A DNA stretch of 44,538 nt, taken from contig NC_068981.1 in NCBI RefSeq assembly GCF_001194135.2, positions 31,434,637 through 31,479,174 on the forward strand, in the 5' to 3' direction. Positions 22,898 to 34,840 of the stretch are shown one piece after another (the first letter of the stretch is position 1; every line of letters begins with the position of its first letter). The stretch comes from Octopus bimaculoides. Taxonomy: Eukaryota. The position numbers were made by a program, and so were the translations under genes. The notes below the pieces were generated by a model. The model saw only the letters and a list, made by a program, of their open reading frames with translations, was not told the DNA's origin and made no database searches.

Positions 22898-23054
22898 CGA
22901 CGGGCTTCTTTCAGTTTTCGCCTACCAAATCCACTCACTAGGCTTTGGTCGGCCCGAGGCTATAGTAGCAGACACTTGCCCAAGGTGCCACGCAGTGGAA
23001 ATGATCCCAGAACCATGTGGTTGGAAAGCAAGCTACCTACTACACAGCCACTCC
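22686..23054 (-). mobile_element. SINE family A copy (about 65-bp internal deletion near the 3' end)
   Basis: Full head-to-tail homology to 23650-24056 and 40402-41286; tRNA-like head (TGGCTGTGTAG..GGATCATTTCC); central (CA)n(TA)n. Confidence 0.95.
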
Positions 23055-23649
23055 TGCGTAGTTGTAAGTTTCATACATAATCACATTGTTACTGGAGCAT
23101 GAAATTAATGAATGCAAAATACAATTACATATATTATAACTAATGAAACGTTTCGCGTAATATAAGGGAAATGAGTTAAAAATTGTTTGGCTTAAGTCAC
23201 GGAGCCTCTTTTTTATGTGTTCTCCACCAATTTTAGATCTTGGCTATGCTTCTTGCTGAAGATGGCACCCTGGAACTGAAATTGTGTGGTGGTGTGATAG
23301 TATTGAGATGTACTGGAGTCTAGTTGTGTGTGGTGCGTTGATGCGGGTGGGTGCCAGTATGGAAATGGTAGTGTGTTGTGTAGCCTATATGGTTATGTGA
23401 TATTACTGGTATGGCGCTGTGAGGCTGTTAAAACATTAAGTTCTGTGTTACTTGTGCTCTGTAGGGTCGTTGTGTAGTTTTGTAAAGGGAGGTCATTGAA
23501 GTAGGGTGGTTTCGTGTTTTTGTCTTGTATTGTAGATACTATAGTGTGATGGTGTGCTAAGATATCGTCATTGTTGTTATTTTGACTCATTTAAGCCCTG
23601 CTAGAGCGGATCTATGATCAAAAGCATTGCAAGGGTGACCATTCCGTTT

Positions 23650-24056
23650 GTGGCTGTGTGGTAAGTAGCTTGCTTACAAACCACATGGTTCTGGGTTCAG
23701 TCCCACTGCGTGGCACCTTGGGCAAGTGTTTTCTATTATAGCCTCGGGTCGACCAAAGCCTTGTGAGTGGATTTGATAGACGGAACCTGAAAGAAACCTG
23801 TCGTATATATGCATATATATATATGTATGTGTCTGAGCATATGTTTGTGTGTCTGTGCTTGTCCCCCCAACATCGCTTGACAACCGATGCTGGTGTGTTT
23901 ACGTCCCCGTAACTTAACGGGTCGGCAAAGAGACCGAGAGAATAAGTACTAGGCTTCGAAAGTCCTGGGGTCGATTTGCTCGAGTAAAGACGGTGCTCCA
24001 GCATGGCCGCAGTCAAATGACTGAAACAATTAAAAGAGTTAAAAGAGTAAAAGAGT
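23650..24056 (+). mobile_element. SINE family A copy (near full length)
   Basis: A-box TGGCTGTGTGG (23651-61), B-box-like GGTTCAGTCC (23694-703), CCTTGGGCAAGT CORE-like motif, central TA/TG microsatellite, tail GACTGAAACAATT(AAAAGAGT)n. Confidence 0.95.
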
Positions 24057-24437
24057 TACTCTTTTTGTCCAATACCCATAGAACACAGAACCTCATTTAC
24101 TTAATGTATGATTTTATGAGACTGGAGCATAAGATTTAATGTCGAGTTGGCTGCTGTTTCTTGCACGTCTGTCGACCACTCAGACGCCTGCGCATCGGTT
24201 CGCGTGGTGTTGCATTGTCTGGTTTTATAGCGTGGAAATGGCCGTGTAGTGACGGAGATATGGAGGTGAAAGTAACGCGAGAGCGTCTAAGAGAGATAAA
24301 TAATCAGCAGGTGTAGAGCTACATTATGCATGTTTACGAGGCTGTTGCAACATACTGTCCGGATATGTTACACAGCCAACACCGACCTTTACGACTAGCC
24401 ATCCACACCGATCATTCGGAGTTTCTGCCTTCAACGC

Positions 24438-24477
24438 CTTCCGGTTTCCGGAAGAAAAACATGTCGGTTAAGTATGT
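24438..24477 (+). promoter_or_regulatory. Putative ETS-site pair next to an ATG and a possible splice donor
   Basis: CTTCCGG-T-TTCCGGAAG (two opposed CCGGAAG sites), AAAAACATG at 24461 and AA|GTATGT at 24472, at the end of a locally CpG-rich 24150-24470 stretch. Confidence 0.25.
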
Positions 24478-24824
24478 GTGCACAAATGCACACATATATA
24501 TCTATGTGTTTGTGTGTGTTTGTGTGTGTTGTGTGTGTATTTTCTGTGTGTGTGTGAGTGAGTATATGTGCGTGTGTTAATACAAAAAAAAAAGAGCCAA
24601 ATTCGTAGATAACAGACACAATATATATTGCACACGAACACACCAAAGCAAATACATAAACAGTCATACATATATTCTTACAAATACTTTTATACTTAGA
24701 AGCCCTATACAAACACATAAGCTCATGCACACACTCACGCATCCACACACAGGCGCACAGACGCACATACACTGCATCGATTTAAATGAATTTCTATATC
24801 TCACTACCTACCTATTCATATGCA

Positions 24825-24870
<46 letters not shown>

Positions 24871-24921
24871 GCATACATGCATGGGTTTGTATGTTTGCAT
24901 GTAAACACTAATCATATGATC

Positions 24922-24952
<31 letters not shown>

Positions 24953-25187
24953 CATATATATATATATATGCATACATACTTATACACATACATATTCTCA
25001 TACTGATGTGTACATTTGGCGTGCACAAGCGTTCGTATAATGACATTCATCTCTCCATATACGGACACTTTAACAGAGATCGCCCCACATACATGTGTTA
25101 TATACACATCTCCAAAAGAAGACATTAACATTTAATATTGAAACAGGAATAAGTGCCTGGATAGCCGTTTGGTTAAAGATGTTCGCC

Positions 25188-25362
25188 TCTAAGCAATTTT
25201 GTCCGGTGCTGTAATGATACTGTCAGCTTGCTGTCTTCTGATTGTTATAGATTGGTTTCAAGTTTTGGCACAAAGCCAGCAATTATTGTGAGAGGAGTTA
25301 AGTAGATTTCATTGAAGCCAGTGCTCAACTGGTGCTTATTTCATCAACCCCGAACGGAGGGA
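25188..25362 (-). mobile_element. Degenerate SINE family B pieces
   Basis: taagcaattttgtccggtgctgtaatgatactgtcagcttgc (head) and ggtttcaagttttggcacaaagccagcaatt..cagtgctcaactggtgcttatttcatcaaccccgaa (tail). Confidence 0.7.
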
Positions 25363-25449
25363 ATATAATATATAGTAAATTTGTTGTATACTGTGCTGAG
25401 GTGCACTACAACAACATCAACAAAAGCAACAAAAAAAATGGATGGGGGC

Positions 25450-25710
25450 ATCAGGTATATTGTTGGCGAATTTCAGGAAGCATGGAAGTTTTGAAGGATG
25501 TTGTGTCACAACGGATATGAACTGATGTACGTAGTTTATTACACACTTCAGTAAGTCTGAGTACGAAAAAATGTTTCCGAAATTTATGGGTGGTGTTGTG
25601 TCATGATTTTGTAAGCATGTCCATGAGTATTAGACATGGAATTCAAAAAGGTGCCCAAGATTGTTGTTGGAAAGATGGTGGATAAATTTGTGGATGACTG
25701 CCATGTCAAA
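25450..25710 (-). mobile_element. CR1-clade LINE extreme 3' fragment
   Basis: Minus translation with two frameshifts: FDMAVIHKFIHHL..LFEFHV / NTHGHAYKI.. / HKFRKHFFVLRLTEVCNKLRTSV..DTTSFKTSMLPEIRQQYT*. Matches the CR1 C-terminal TRGH..K..R..FFS.RV..WN.LP..FK pattern. Confidence 0.85.
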
Positions 25711-25739
25711 GTTGGTCTCTTGAATTAAGAAAGTAAAGG

Positions 25740-25800
25740 TGGACGAAATGCCGTTAAGCAATCTTTCCGGCGCTGTAGCGAGTTTACCAGCTCACCACCA
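25740..25800 (-). mobile_element. SINE family B head fragment
   Basis: ggacgaaatgccgttaagcaatctttccggcgctgtagcgagtttaccagctcaccacc. Confidence 0.6.
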
Positions 25801-25879
25801 TAGTAATTGTTATATTTTATTTTCAATTTTTGAAAGAATTTTTCATCGAATAAATCTACCATAGTACATAATGTTTTGC

Positions 25880-26052
25880 TAAGCCTGGTACTTATTCTAT
25901 CGGTCTCCTTCGCCTAACCACTAATGTATGGGGACGTAAATATACCAACACCGGTTGTCAAGTGCTGGTGGGGGACAAACAGACGCAATCACACGTACAC
26001 ACACACACACACACACACATATACACGACGGTCTTTTTCCAGTTTCTGTCAA
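25880..26052 (-). mobile_element. SINE family A internal fragment
   Basis: aagcctggtacttattctatcggtctccttcgcctaacc..ggggacgtaaat..ggttgtcaag..ggggacaaac (CA)n acgacgg. Confidence 0.85.
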
Positions 26053-26211
26053 TTTTATATATATATATATCCATGCTAATACATGACCCACATTGGACCC
26101 CTCATTCATATCATTATCGAACCCGTAGCTCAACCATGGTCCATCCATAGCACCTATTTAGCGTTACCTGACACCTTTTGAATCTTCTTGACACCAATAC
26201 TTCTCATACCC

Positions 26212-26249
<38 letters not shown>

Positions 26250-26628
26250 TATATTTATAACGGAGATGACACTGGAAAAACCAAATGCTATGTAATGAAC
26301 TTCATTAGAATACAGTAGCTGTTTCTGCGATAAGATGTTGTGCACTCATAGCTAAATACCAGGATATCATCCTTAGCTTCATCAGAGCCTTGAATACGAA
26401 ACGCGCCTTATTTGGGAAGTTACATTTTCAGAACATACAAGCGTTATGAGTCAGAAAGTTTAAGTTGATGGAATGGAAAGTTCTATCTCAATGACGTAAA
26501 GAGTATGAAAGATGAAATAGTATAAGGGTGAGTTGGTTCGTAGAATCGATGGGGTAGGGTGGCCTTTGGAGGAGAAGCTATGCAGCGTGACAATACAGCG
26601 GAATAGATTAAAATAAGTAGAGTGAAAA

Positions 26629-26671
26629 GTGAGTGTGGGGGGAGAGAGAAAGAGAGAGAGAGAGGGGGGAA

Positions 26672-26722
<51 letters not shown>

Positions 26723-26756
26723 NNNNNNNNNNNNNNNNNNNNNNNNNNNNNNNNNN

Positions 26757-26787
<31 letters not shown>
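26629..26787. repeat. (GA)n microsatellite with a small gap
   Basis: Direct reading. Confidence 0.95.
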
Positions 26788-26789
<2 letters not shown>

Positions 26790-27196
26790 AGTTGAACCAG
26801 TGACTATAACATGGTGATGTGTGACTATTTGCTAGTCAGTGGAATAGCTTTCTTTTAGATGAAGTCCAGGCTATTTATGAATGAAACTTAAGCCCTGTCT
26901 CAAATGTGATGCGTCTAGTGCTATGGACCTGAATTTCACCTCATAATTAATTGATAAATGATGTAGAATATAATGGCCCTAGAGTTATGAAATACTTAAT
27001 GATCTTAAAATACCAAATTATTACTTAATCCTCAAAGGCTGAAATATTTACTGGTTCAAAATTTGTCTGATAGCCAAGAATTTTATTCATTGTTACATGA
27101 CAAACAACGCTTACCTAAAATCTAATCTGAAAGCTATTTTTGATTAAGAAAATATTTTTCATAGTCTGTCACTGGTTTTTATTTCGTCGAATCGAA

Positions 27197-27627
27197 GGCG
27201 TGGCTGTGTGGTAACAAGCTTCCCTCCCAACCACATGGTTCCGCGTTCAGTTCCACTGCGTGGCAATTTGGGCAAGTGTCAACTACGATAGCCTTCGGGC
27301 TGCCCAAAGACTTGTGTGTGGATTTGGTAAACGGAAACTGAAAGCCCGTCGTATATGTGCGTGTGTGCGTGCATGCGTGCGTGCCCGCACGTGTATGTGT
27401 GTGTATTTATGTGCGTGTCCGTTTGTCCCCCAGCCATTGCTTGAGAAGCGATGCTGGTGTGTTTATGTTCCCGTAATTTAGCAGTTCGGCAAAATAGGCC
27501 GAGAGAATAAATAATAGGCTTATGAAGAATAAGTTCAGGGTTTTATTCCTTCGATTAAAATCCTTCACGGTGGTGCTCGTGCATAGCCGCAGTCAAATGA
27601 ATAAAACAGTAAAAGAATAAAAGAATA
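27197..27627 (+). mobile_element. SINE family A copy (full length, older)
   Basis: ggcgtggctgtgtggtaacaagc..ttgggcaagtg..ggaaactgaaagcccgtcg, TG/CGTG microsatellite, ..gccgcagtcaaatga..aaaagaataaaagaat. Confidence 0.95.
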
Positions 27628-28315
27628 GATCAGTAAGGTGACTAAATTAGCACCGAAGACCTAAATTAAATGCTGATTCTCTGTTGTGAATCTCGTGTAA
27701 AACTTTAGACTAAATGATATTCCGTTTCAGTTATTTATATATTTCCTTCAACTATCCGAATATTTGAGACTCTCAAGTATTTTACTCAGAAAATTGTTTA
27801 AACCCTTTTCCTGCTTCTATTTTATTCATTTGATATTTCATACTATAGCAGCAGAGCAAGAAATACACTTCCCGAATCATCCCTTACGATAGCTACTGAA
27901 ATCGTTTGTCGCAGCAAGCAACCAATATCTTATTCACTACCTACAACAGTTTCAGAGTCAATTTGAAAAAGAGATTAGGATGGAGGGATCATAGCTCTAG
28001 CTAATCACAAAGGTCACCTGAAACTTTAGGGACCGACTTAATTACAGAATTCTCACAATTTCTTCACTCGGCGTGCATTGTCGCTGCCACTACATCCGTT
28101 GCCACTACATCTATTGCACCGTCAATCAGTAAGACCGGACGAAAGTATCGATCTTGAAACTAGAGTGAGCTAGAAAAGGTTATTTTTGTAAAGACAATGT
28201 ACGTATGCAAACATGTATGAATGTATGTGCATGCATGCACGTGCAGATGTACGTATGGATGACAATATATGCATTTATGAATATGTATGCATTTACGTAT
28301 AATTGCTTACGAACC

Positions 28316-28382
28316 ACTATAGCCTCGGGCCGACCAAAATCTTGTGAGTGGATTTGGTAGACGGAAACTGAAAGAAGCCCGT

Positions 28383-28440
<58 letters not shown>
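28316..28440 (+). mobile_element. SINE family A internal fragment running into a microsatellite and gap
   Basis: actatagcctcgggccgaccaaaatcttgtgagtggatttggtagacggaaactgaaagaagcccgtc, then (CA)n(TA)n, then N-run. Confidence 0.9.
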
Positions 28441-29048
28441 NNNNNNNNNNNNNNNNNNNNNNNNNNNNNNNNNNNNNNNNNNNNNNNNNNNNNNNNNNNN
28501 NNNNNNNNNNNNNNNNNNNNNNNNNNNNNNNNNNNNNNNNNNNNNNNNNNNNNNNNNNNNNNNNNNNNNNNNNNNNNNNNNNNNNNNNNNNNNNNNNNNN
28601 NNNNNNNNNNNNNNNNNNNNNNNNNNNNNNNNNNNNNNNNNNNNNNNNNNNNNNNNNNNNNNNNNNNNNNNNNNNNNNNNNNNNNNNNNNNNNNNNNNNN
28701 NNNNNNNNNNNNNNNNNNNNNNNNNNNNNNNNNNNNNNNNNNNNNNNNNNNNNNNNNNNNNNNNNNNNNNNNNNNNNNNNNNNNNNNNNNNNNNNNNNNN
28801 NNNNNNNNNNNNNNNNNNNNNNNNNNNNNNNNNNNNNNNNNNNNNNNNNNNNNNNNNNNNNNNNNNNNNNNNNNNNNNNNNNNNNNNNNNNNNNNNNNNN
28901 NNNNNNNNNNNNNNNNNNNNNNNNNNNNNNNNNNNNNNNNNNNNNNNNNNNNNNNNNNNNNNNNNNNNNNNNNNNNNNNNNNNNNNNNNNNNNNNNNNNN
29001 NNNNNNNNNNNNNNNNNNNNNNNNNNNNNNNNNNNNNNNNNNNNNNNN

Positions 29049-29088
<40 letters not shown>

Positions 29089-29670
29089 AAGTCTTGGTAT
29101 CCAGATGACCCAAGGTGGCAGGAACGCTATGTAAGCACTATGCAAGTGCTATGAAAACTCCACACAATCTTGGTTTTGTTGTCTTATATTATTTAACATA
29201 TATATAACAAGCATGTTCCCCAGAATTTCTTTGACTATTTTACGTTAAGAAAAGGAGGTAAATATAAATATGTAGAATTATCAGGTTGCTAAATAAAAGT
29301 ACAATAAAAATTTGAAGAACAGAACTGGGTAAAAATGTGTGTTGTGTCAAGGTCTGGCAGTTACAATGGAAAAAAAAAAAGATGACATTGAACTAAACTG
29401 ACTTGATTTTAGTCATATAAATTCCATTTTTAGTATATAAATTACTAGAATTACTATATATTGTAATATATGTTCGTAATTAAAATGTTTCTAATTTGTA
29501 CAATTTCCTTATGATAACTTCTCAAAAGAAAATGAAGAGCGATTTGGGAATCTGCATTTTTTTCTTTTTTTGTTATAAATCGAAAATTTTCTGTCACTGA
29601 TATAATTGGTGGTAGATGAATAAATATATAAAAAATATAGGTGGCGCTAAATATACCACTGGGGTTGTTA

Positions 29671-29814
29671 AAGGCCAGATAAACAAAATTTTTAAAATAT
29701 CATTTCAGATTGAGGTCTTATGTATTAATCTTTTGTGAGTTACACAATAGATGAGTCGAGGGAGATCATGATTGTACGGTAATAAGCACACAAATTTGAC
29801 TTAATCTGGCCCTA
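29671..29814. mobile_element. Possible TA-flanked MITE (about 140 bp)
   Basis: Inverted ends GGCCAGATAAACAAAATT (29673) and AAATTTGACTTAATCTGGCC (to 29811), each adjacent to TA. Confidence 0.4.
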
Positions 29815-30226
29815 TACACTTACATATATAAACGCGCAGACATAGGCATATCTATGTGATATGCACTAATATATAGGCACACATACACACAGAAACACAC
29901 ACATGGACACACAGTGTCACACATTCGTTTGTAGGGATTAATATTATGCACTCGCATTCATATATATGTGAATATAGATGTATATATCTATGCATAAAGG
30001 TGTGTTTACAAGCGAATAAAAAATAAAAAAAAGACTGAAAACGTAGATATTAAATGTATATATTCACTCGTTTGTTTAAACTCGCATTATTTGAAGCTTC
30101 GTAGACATGAAACCAGGTTTAGGTCATCAGATATCCTGTTTTCAAGACTGACTCCAGTCACAACAGTAACATATTGACAACATGCAAATATATATAGATA
30201 TCTGTTTATAAAAAGGATAAAGCTCA

Positions 30227-30464
30227 CTTCTGAGTCATGGAGACTCATAAAGTCTGCTTCCCGGTTTCTGTGGTGTGTATATTCCCTACTTCACCACCGG
30301 ATGAAACGCCGGTACGTTGTCGAAATACTTAATTTTCCAGCTGAGTGGACTGGAGGAACATGAAATGAAGTGTTCTCAAGAACACATCGCATTGCCCGGT
30401 CCAGGAATCGAATCCACAATCTTACGAACATGAGCCCAACATCCCAACCACTAAGTCAGGCGTC
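30227..30464 (-). mobile_element. tRNA-derived SINE family C copy (Meta/CORE-like body)
   Basis: Minus strand: A-box TGACTTAGTGG, B-box GGATTCGATTCC, then gatgtgttcttgagaacacttcatttcatgttcctccagtccactcagctgg, and tail cagaaaccgggaagcag. Confidence 0.85.
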
Positions 30465-30679
30465 TTCTCTAATTTCTCTTTCCCTCTTGAGGGCAACTGG
30501 GGAAGCTAGAGTTTAGTTCCAAATCTCTTTTCAAAACACCATAAGCTCCAGAAAAACCCTCTAAATCTCTCAGTACTATATCTGCTATCCTCAGTTAATA
30601 AGAAAAAAATATATTCACTTATTAATTAGCACGTTCTCTTTCACTATACAAAGTGAAATAGAAGTTCATACCTACGTAC

Positions 30680-30689
30680 ATACCAACAT

Positions 30690-30734
<45 letters not shown>

Positions 30735-30989
30735 TACACACACACACGAACACACGCACACACATACATACAGACACACTCAGTCACATACACAGACACA
30801 CACACACATAGACACACATATTTATATATACGCACACACTCACACACAGAAGCGTATATATTTCCAAAAATCTTTATAAATGCTAATTCTATATTTGCGA
30901 ATTCATCTGTATGCATACATGTGTGTATACGCAGGCGTGTGGGAATATGTCTGCATGTGTGTGTGTACGAGCACGCCCGTATGAGTGTG

Positions 30990-31030
<41 letters not shown>
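30680..31030. repeat. Decayed (CA)n followed by (GT)n microsatellites
   Basis: Direct reading. Confidence 0.9.
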
Positions 31031-31682
31031 ACGTGTTGTGTATTTGTGCATATGGGTGAATTTGTTTGTGGCTGCGCGTCTATAAACGTTTGCTTTCTGT
31101 CTGTGTGTATGTGAACGTGCGTGTGCTTGTGTGTCTGTATGCGGCTTACGAAAGTCTGGAAATGAAAGACGAGAGAAAAATAAAAATTAAGGTGAGAAAT
31201 GCACACTGCGTCTACAGTCTATGACAACAGATATACTCGTGCTGCTATGTTATGGTAAGATGGCTGGGACATATGTGGCACTAGTAGTAGTAGTGATGGC
31301 GCTCTTAGAAGTGATAGCGAATGGCTTATACATGGTGGTCCAAAAATCATTTTCTATTTCACAACCTAGGTTTAATTTTGTTTAATATATATAAAGGAGT
31401 TTTCTTATTAAGTTTACATTCATTTTGGAGCTTAGAAATTAATTGATAATTGTGGAATTAACAATTCGCAAATGCTTCCCATTTTTAGTTTCACATGTTA
31501 GAATCATTTCTAGTCAGTGTTCAAAAGTATCTGTTTATATCTCTTCCTCCAAATGCGGTAATTTCGCCACATCATGAATTGTACGGGACTTGTTTGCATA
31601 AATTCTTACTTCACGTGCCCTCGTGCCTCTTGACTTCGGTGAGTGTGTGGCATCTGAACTTGGTGGTGGCCCTCCTTCTTCC

Positions 31683-31836
31683 AGAGAGAGAGAGAAGTGG
31701 GAGAGGGAGAGAAAAAGGGAGAGAGGGAGAGAAAAAGGGAGAGAGGGAGGAAGAAAGAGAGAGGAGACAGAGGGGGAGGGATAGAAGAGAGAGAGAGGGA
31801 AAGAAGGGAGAAAGAGAGAGAGAGAGAGAGAGAGAG
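31683..31836. repeat. Polypurine/(GA)n tract
   Basis: Direct reading. Confidence 0.9.
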
Positions 31837-31990
31837 TGATTTAAAGTACCATATCAGTACGGAGATGGTATACTTCAAATTTCAACTCTGAAACCTAAAG
31901 CGCCAGAGGAAATACCGTAAAGCATGTTTTTCTCCCTACGATCTAACAATTTTGTCAGCTCTTCAATAATGATAATAATAATAATAATAA

Positions 31991-32199
31991 TCCTTTCTAC
32001 TAAAGGCACAAGGCCTGAAATATTGGGGGAAGGAACTAGTCCATTACATACCATTTCACTGGTACTTAATTTAAGTGACCCCGAAAGGATTAAAGGTAGA
32101 GATCACCTCGACGTAATTCGAACTCGGAACGTAAAGACGGATGGAATGCCGCTAAGCTTTTGTGCCAGGCGTGCTAACGATTCTGCCAGCTCGTCGCTT
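31991..32199 (-). mobile_element. SINE family B copy with (ATT)n tail
   Basis: Full-length homology to 32221-32435; (AAT)n tract at 31965-31990 on the plus strand. Confidence 0.95.
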
Positions 32200-32220
32200 T
32201 AAATGCGCTAATAATAATAA

Positions 32221-32435
32221 TCCGTTCTACTAAAGACACAATGCCTGAAATTTGGCGGGAAGGGACTAGTTGATTAAATCGATACCAGTCTTTCACAGGT
32301 ACTTAATTTATCGACCTCGAAAGGATGAAAGGCAAAGTCGACCTAGGCGCAATTTGAACTCAGAACGTAAAGACAGACGAAATACCGCTAAGCATTACGT
32401 TCGGCGTGCTAATGCTTCTACCAGCTCGCCGCCTT
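32221..32435 (-). mobile_element. SINE family B copy (full length)
   Basis: Minus strand: aaggcggcgagctggtagaagcattagcacgccgaacg..ttacgttctgagttcaaattgcgcctaggtcgactttgcctttcatcctttcgaggtcgataaattaagtacc..tagtagaacgga(tta)n. Confidence 0.95.
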
Positions 32436-32479
32436 AATGGTGCTAATAATTAAAGTAATATTAACAATAATAAGCTTAA

Positions 32480-32620
32480 GATTTTGGCAGAAACCAAGCA
32501 ATTTTTAGGAACTCTGTTTAAATCGACTCAAGTAAAATTATTTTATCGAATCCGTAAAGATGAAGGGCAAAGTTGACTTCGGCAAATCTAAAGACTCGGA
32601 ACAAATACCGCAACGCACTT
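32480..32620 (-). mobile_element. Third, degenerate SINE family B copy
   Basis: gattttggcagaaacc..ttttatcgaatccgtaaagatgaagggcaaagttgacttcggc..aaataccgcaacgca. Confidence 0.7.
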
Positions 32621-34699
32621 TTTCCAATACTCAGTTATTTCTTTTGTTTCTCACAAAGTTTTGATGTTTACCTAAATATCGGCTGAGGTAAAAAGAAAAA
32701 AAAAAAGCATTAGATGAGAGTGCACATAGTATGTAAACAGGTAATAATGACAAACTACCTTCAAGGGAAACTCAGTAAACCACTCACATCCAAGATTATG
32801 CTGGCCTAATAAAGTCAAGTTATTCCCTCAGCTATCATTCTCTGTCCTACAGGTGTATGCTGAAATTAGCCTAGTCATTGTGGATGTTTTCCCCACCTAC
32901 AAGGCCATTTTAACAAATTTACTGGAGGCAAGTACCTCTCTCTCTACACTAACCCGCCTTCCCAAGCGGAACTTGAATACGTCGGTGTGGGCTTGACCGA
33001 AACGGAAAGTCTGTCTTCATTTCTTTCAGTCGCGTCCCCCACACACCCTCTACCGCCATTGCCATCTGACGGACACATACTGTCTGTCCTTTCCGATTTG
33101 GGGGAGAGCAGCTGGGCGATCTCCGTTGGAAGCAAGATATTTACTACATATGACAATAGCCGTTGTCTCATGTAGTAACGTTCCGATTTTCAGCACAGTT
33201 TCGTTGCTCTGTGCACATAATAGAGAGACTAGTGTGATGGGACTTGCCTACCTGTAGAGTATATTACGAACTTGTAGTACCTTTCGGTCAGTGTTTCTAA
33301 AAATCCTCTAGAGCTCCAAGTCCAAATCTCCTCCAGATCAAACCAGTTATTTAATTCTCGACAATGTCAACGCTATCCCAAGAATGTTGTCGTTCCTCTC
33401 TACCACTAGTCTTCTATAGACTGTCTAATTTGAACTTCCCCCGATTACATTACTTGACTGGGACAGGAGTACTTAGTGATATTTTAGATACCAGGCGCTT
33501 AGACTTGGTTTTCTACTTGACCCAGAAATGTATCTCCGTCAAACAGATGATCGGTTGAGAAGTTTGCCTTGCCAGTAATGATCACACCCGTTCATCATTC
33601 AGAGATCTTTGTAAGTGCTCTAAATTCAGCAGCCACAACAAAACTGTCTCTATTACTCTTATAACAGCACTTCGGTGGCCTCACCATTAACTCGCATTTC
33701 TTCCATAAAAGTGGAACAACAGACGCTTCAGTGTGCTCAAATGAAAACCGGTTTAAAGCAAAACATTGAAGTATGACAAATGATATAACCATTTTCCACC
33801 TCCTAGTGATAGCTTCATTTCGGCCCATTTCTGGGAGAGACTGGCCATCGCGTTGCTACTATGTCTCAATCCGTATCTACCTCTAGTTCCAACGCCCAAT
33901 GATGTTGTCCGGGTGCCTAACTGCAAGCCTACTAACATGTCTTTGTTAATATGTGTTCCAGCTATTATAAGTTTGTCGGCGGTTTCCATTCCTACAGTGT
34001 CTGGTAATATTACTGAGCTATTGCCTACAAACGCTGACTAGGCTCTACCGCGTCCAAATTCGAAGGAGAAGCCCCTAAAAAGTCGTAGCTTTCTCCGAAG
34101 ACGCTTTAGAATCAACCAATAGAGAAGAAGTAAGAATAGCGATCATGCGATGCGAAATGGTTCCGAGAAATGGCTGTTCACTCTGATCATCCAGCATATA
34201 CCACTGTATTTCGCTACAATGAAACTAATTTTGTCACTATTTCAATAAGTTCAAAAACTGGGACTAGACACATGGCTACTCATTTTGAGACGAGACATTC
34301 GAATTTGTCCCATGAAAGATCAGAGACAACGTATTACTATTAATAGTGCTTTCATAACAGAACCAGGAGACTGACAGACAAAATACTTTGTACTATATAG
34401 TTCTAAATTCAATACCTAATTACAATCAATTTTATCTTTTATCATTCAGAGGACGATAAAAGAAAGTACGTGTTATGTACTAGGGGCGTTTTCATTGACT
34501 ACTTCCGTCTCGAAAAACTTCTGATCTTGTACCAATGTTTGAATTCATTATTGTTGTTGTTGTTGTTATCACAAAATTACGACGAATGCTGGACAAGACG
34601 GAACGGACTGGAAACATTTTCCTTTCATCAAGCTCTAATTCATTTTTTCAAGAATCACTTGAAAAGGAAGGAGAAAGTGGGAGAGTTAGATGCTGCTCG

Positions 34700-34840
34700 G
34701 TTGCAAATTCTATGAAAGGTACGCGAAAGAGGTAAACACCGGACTAATAAACGGTCTTCATTGAGCATGCGTCTGAAGACCGAGAAGTGACAAATGGGAG
34801 AGGATGGTCAGAAGTATACAGGATTTAAGGCGTGTCCACG
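34700..34840 (+). mobile_element. Possible RTE-type LINE 3' remnant
   Basis: Weak resemblance to the RTE C-terminus (G.RKRGK..; ASEDRE..) only. Confidence 0.2.

Noticed and set aside
23256-23290. CTGAAGATGG...GAAA hammerhead-like spacing
   Set aside because: Helix II, helix III and helix I cannot be formed
23393-23590. A/C-rich 65-aa minus-strand ORF (HHHTIVSTIQD..) faintly recalling a Penelope ORF
   Set aside because: The similarity is limited to a few residues in a compositionally skewed tract and could not be extended
26345-26410. CTGATGA (minus) with a long hairpin, and GAAACGCG (plus) nearby
   Set aside because: The two core halves are on opposite strands, and no GAAA follows the hairpin
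31218-31254. Possible 37-nt exon (tctacag|...TTATG|gtaaga)
   Set aside because: Weak acceptor context, no recognisable peptide and no partner exons
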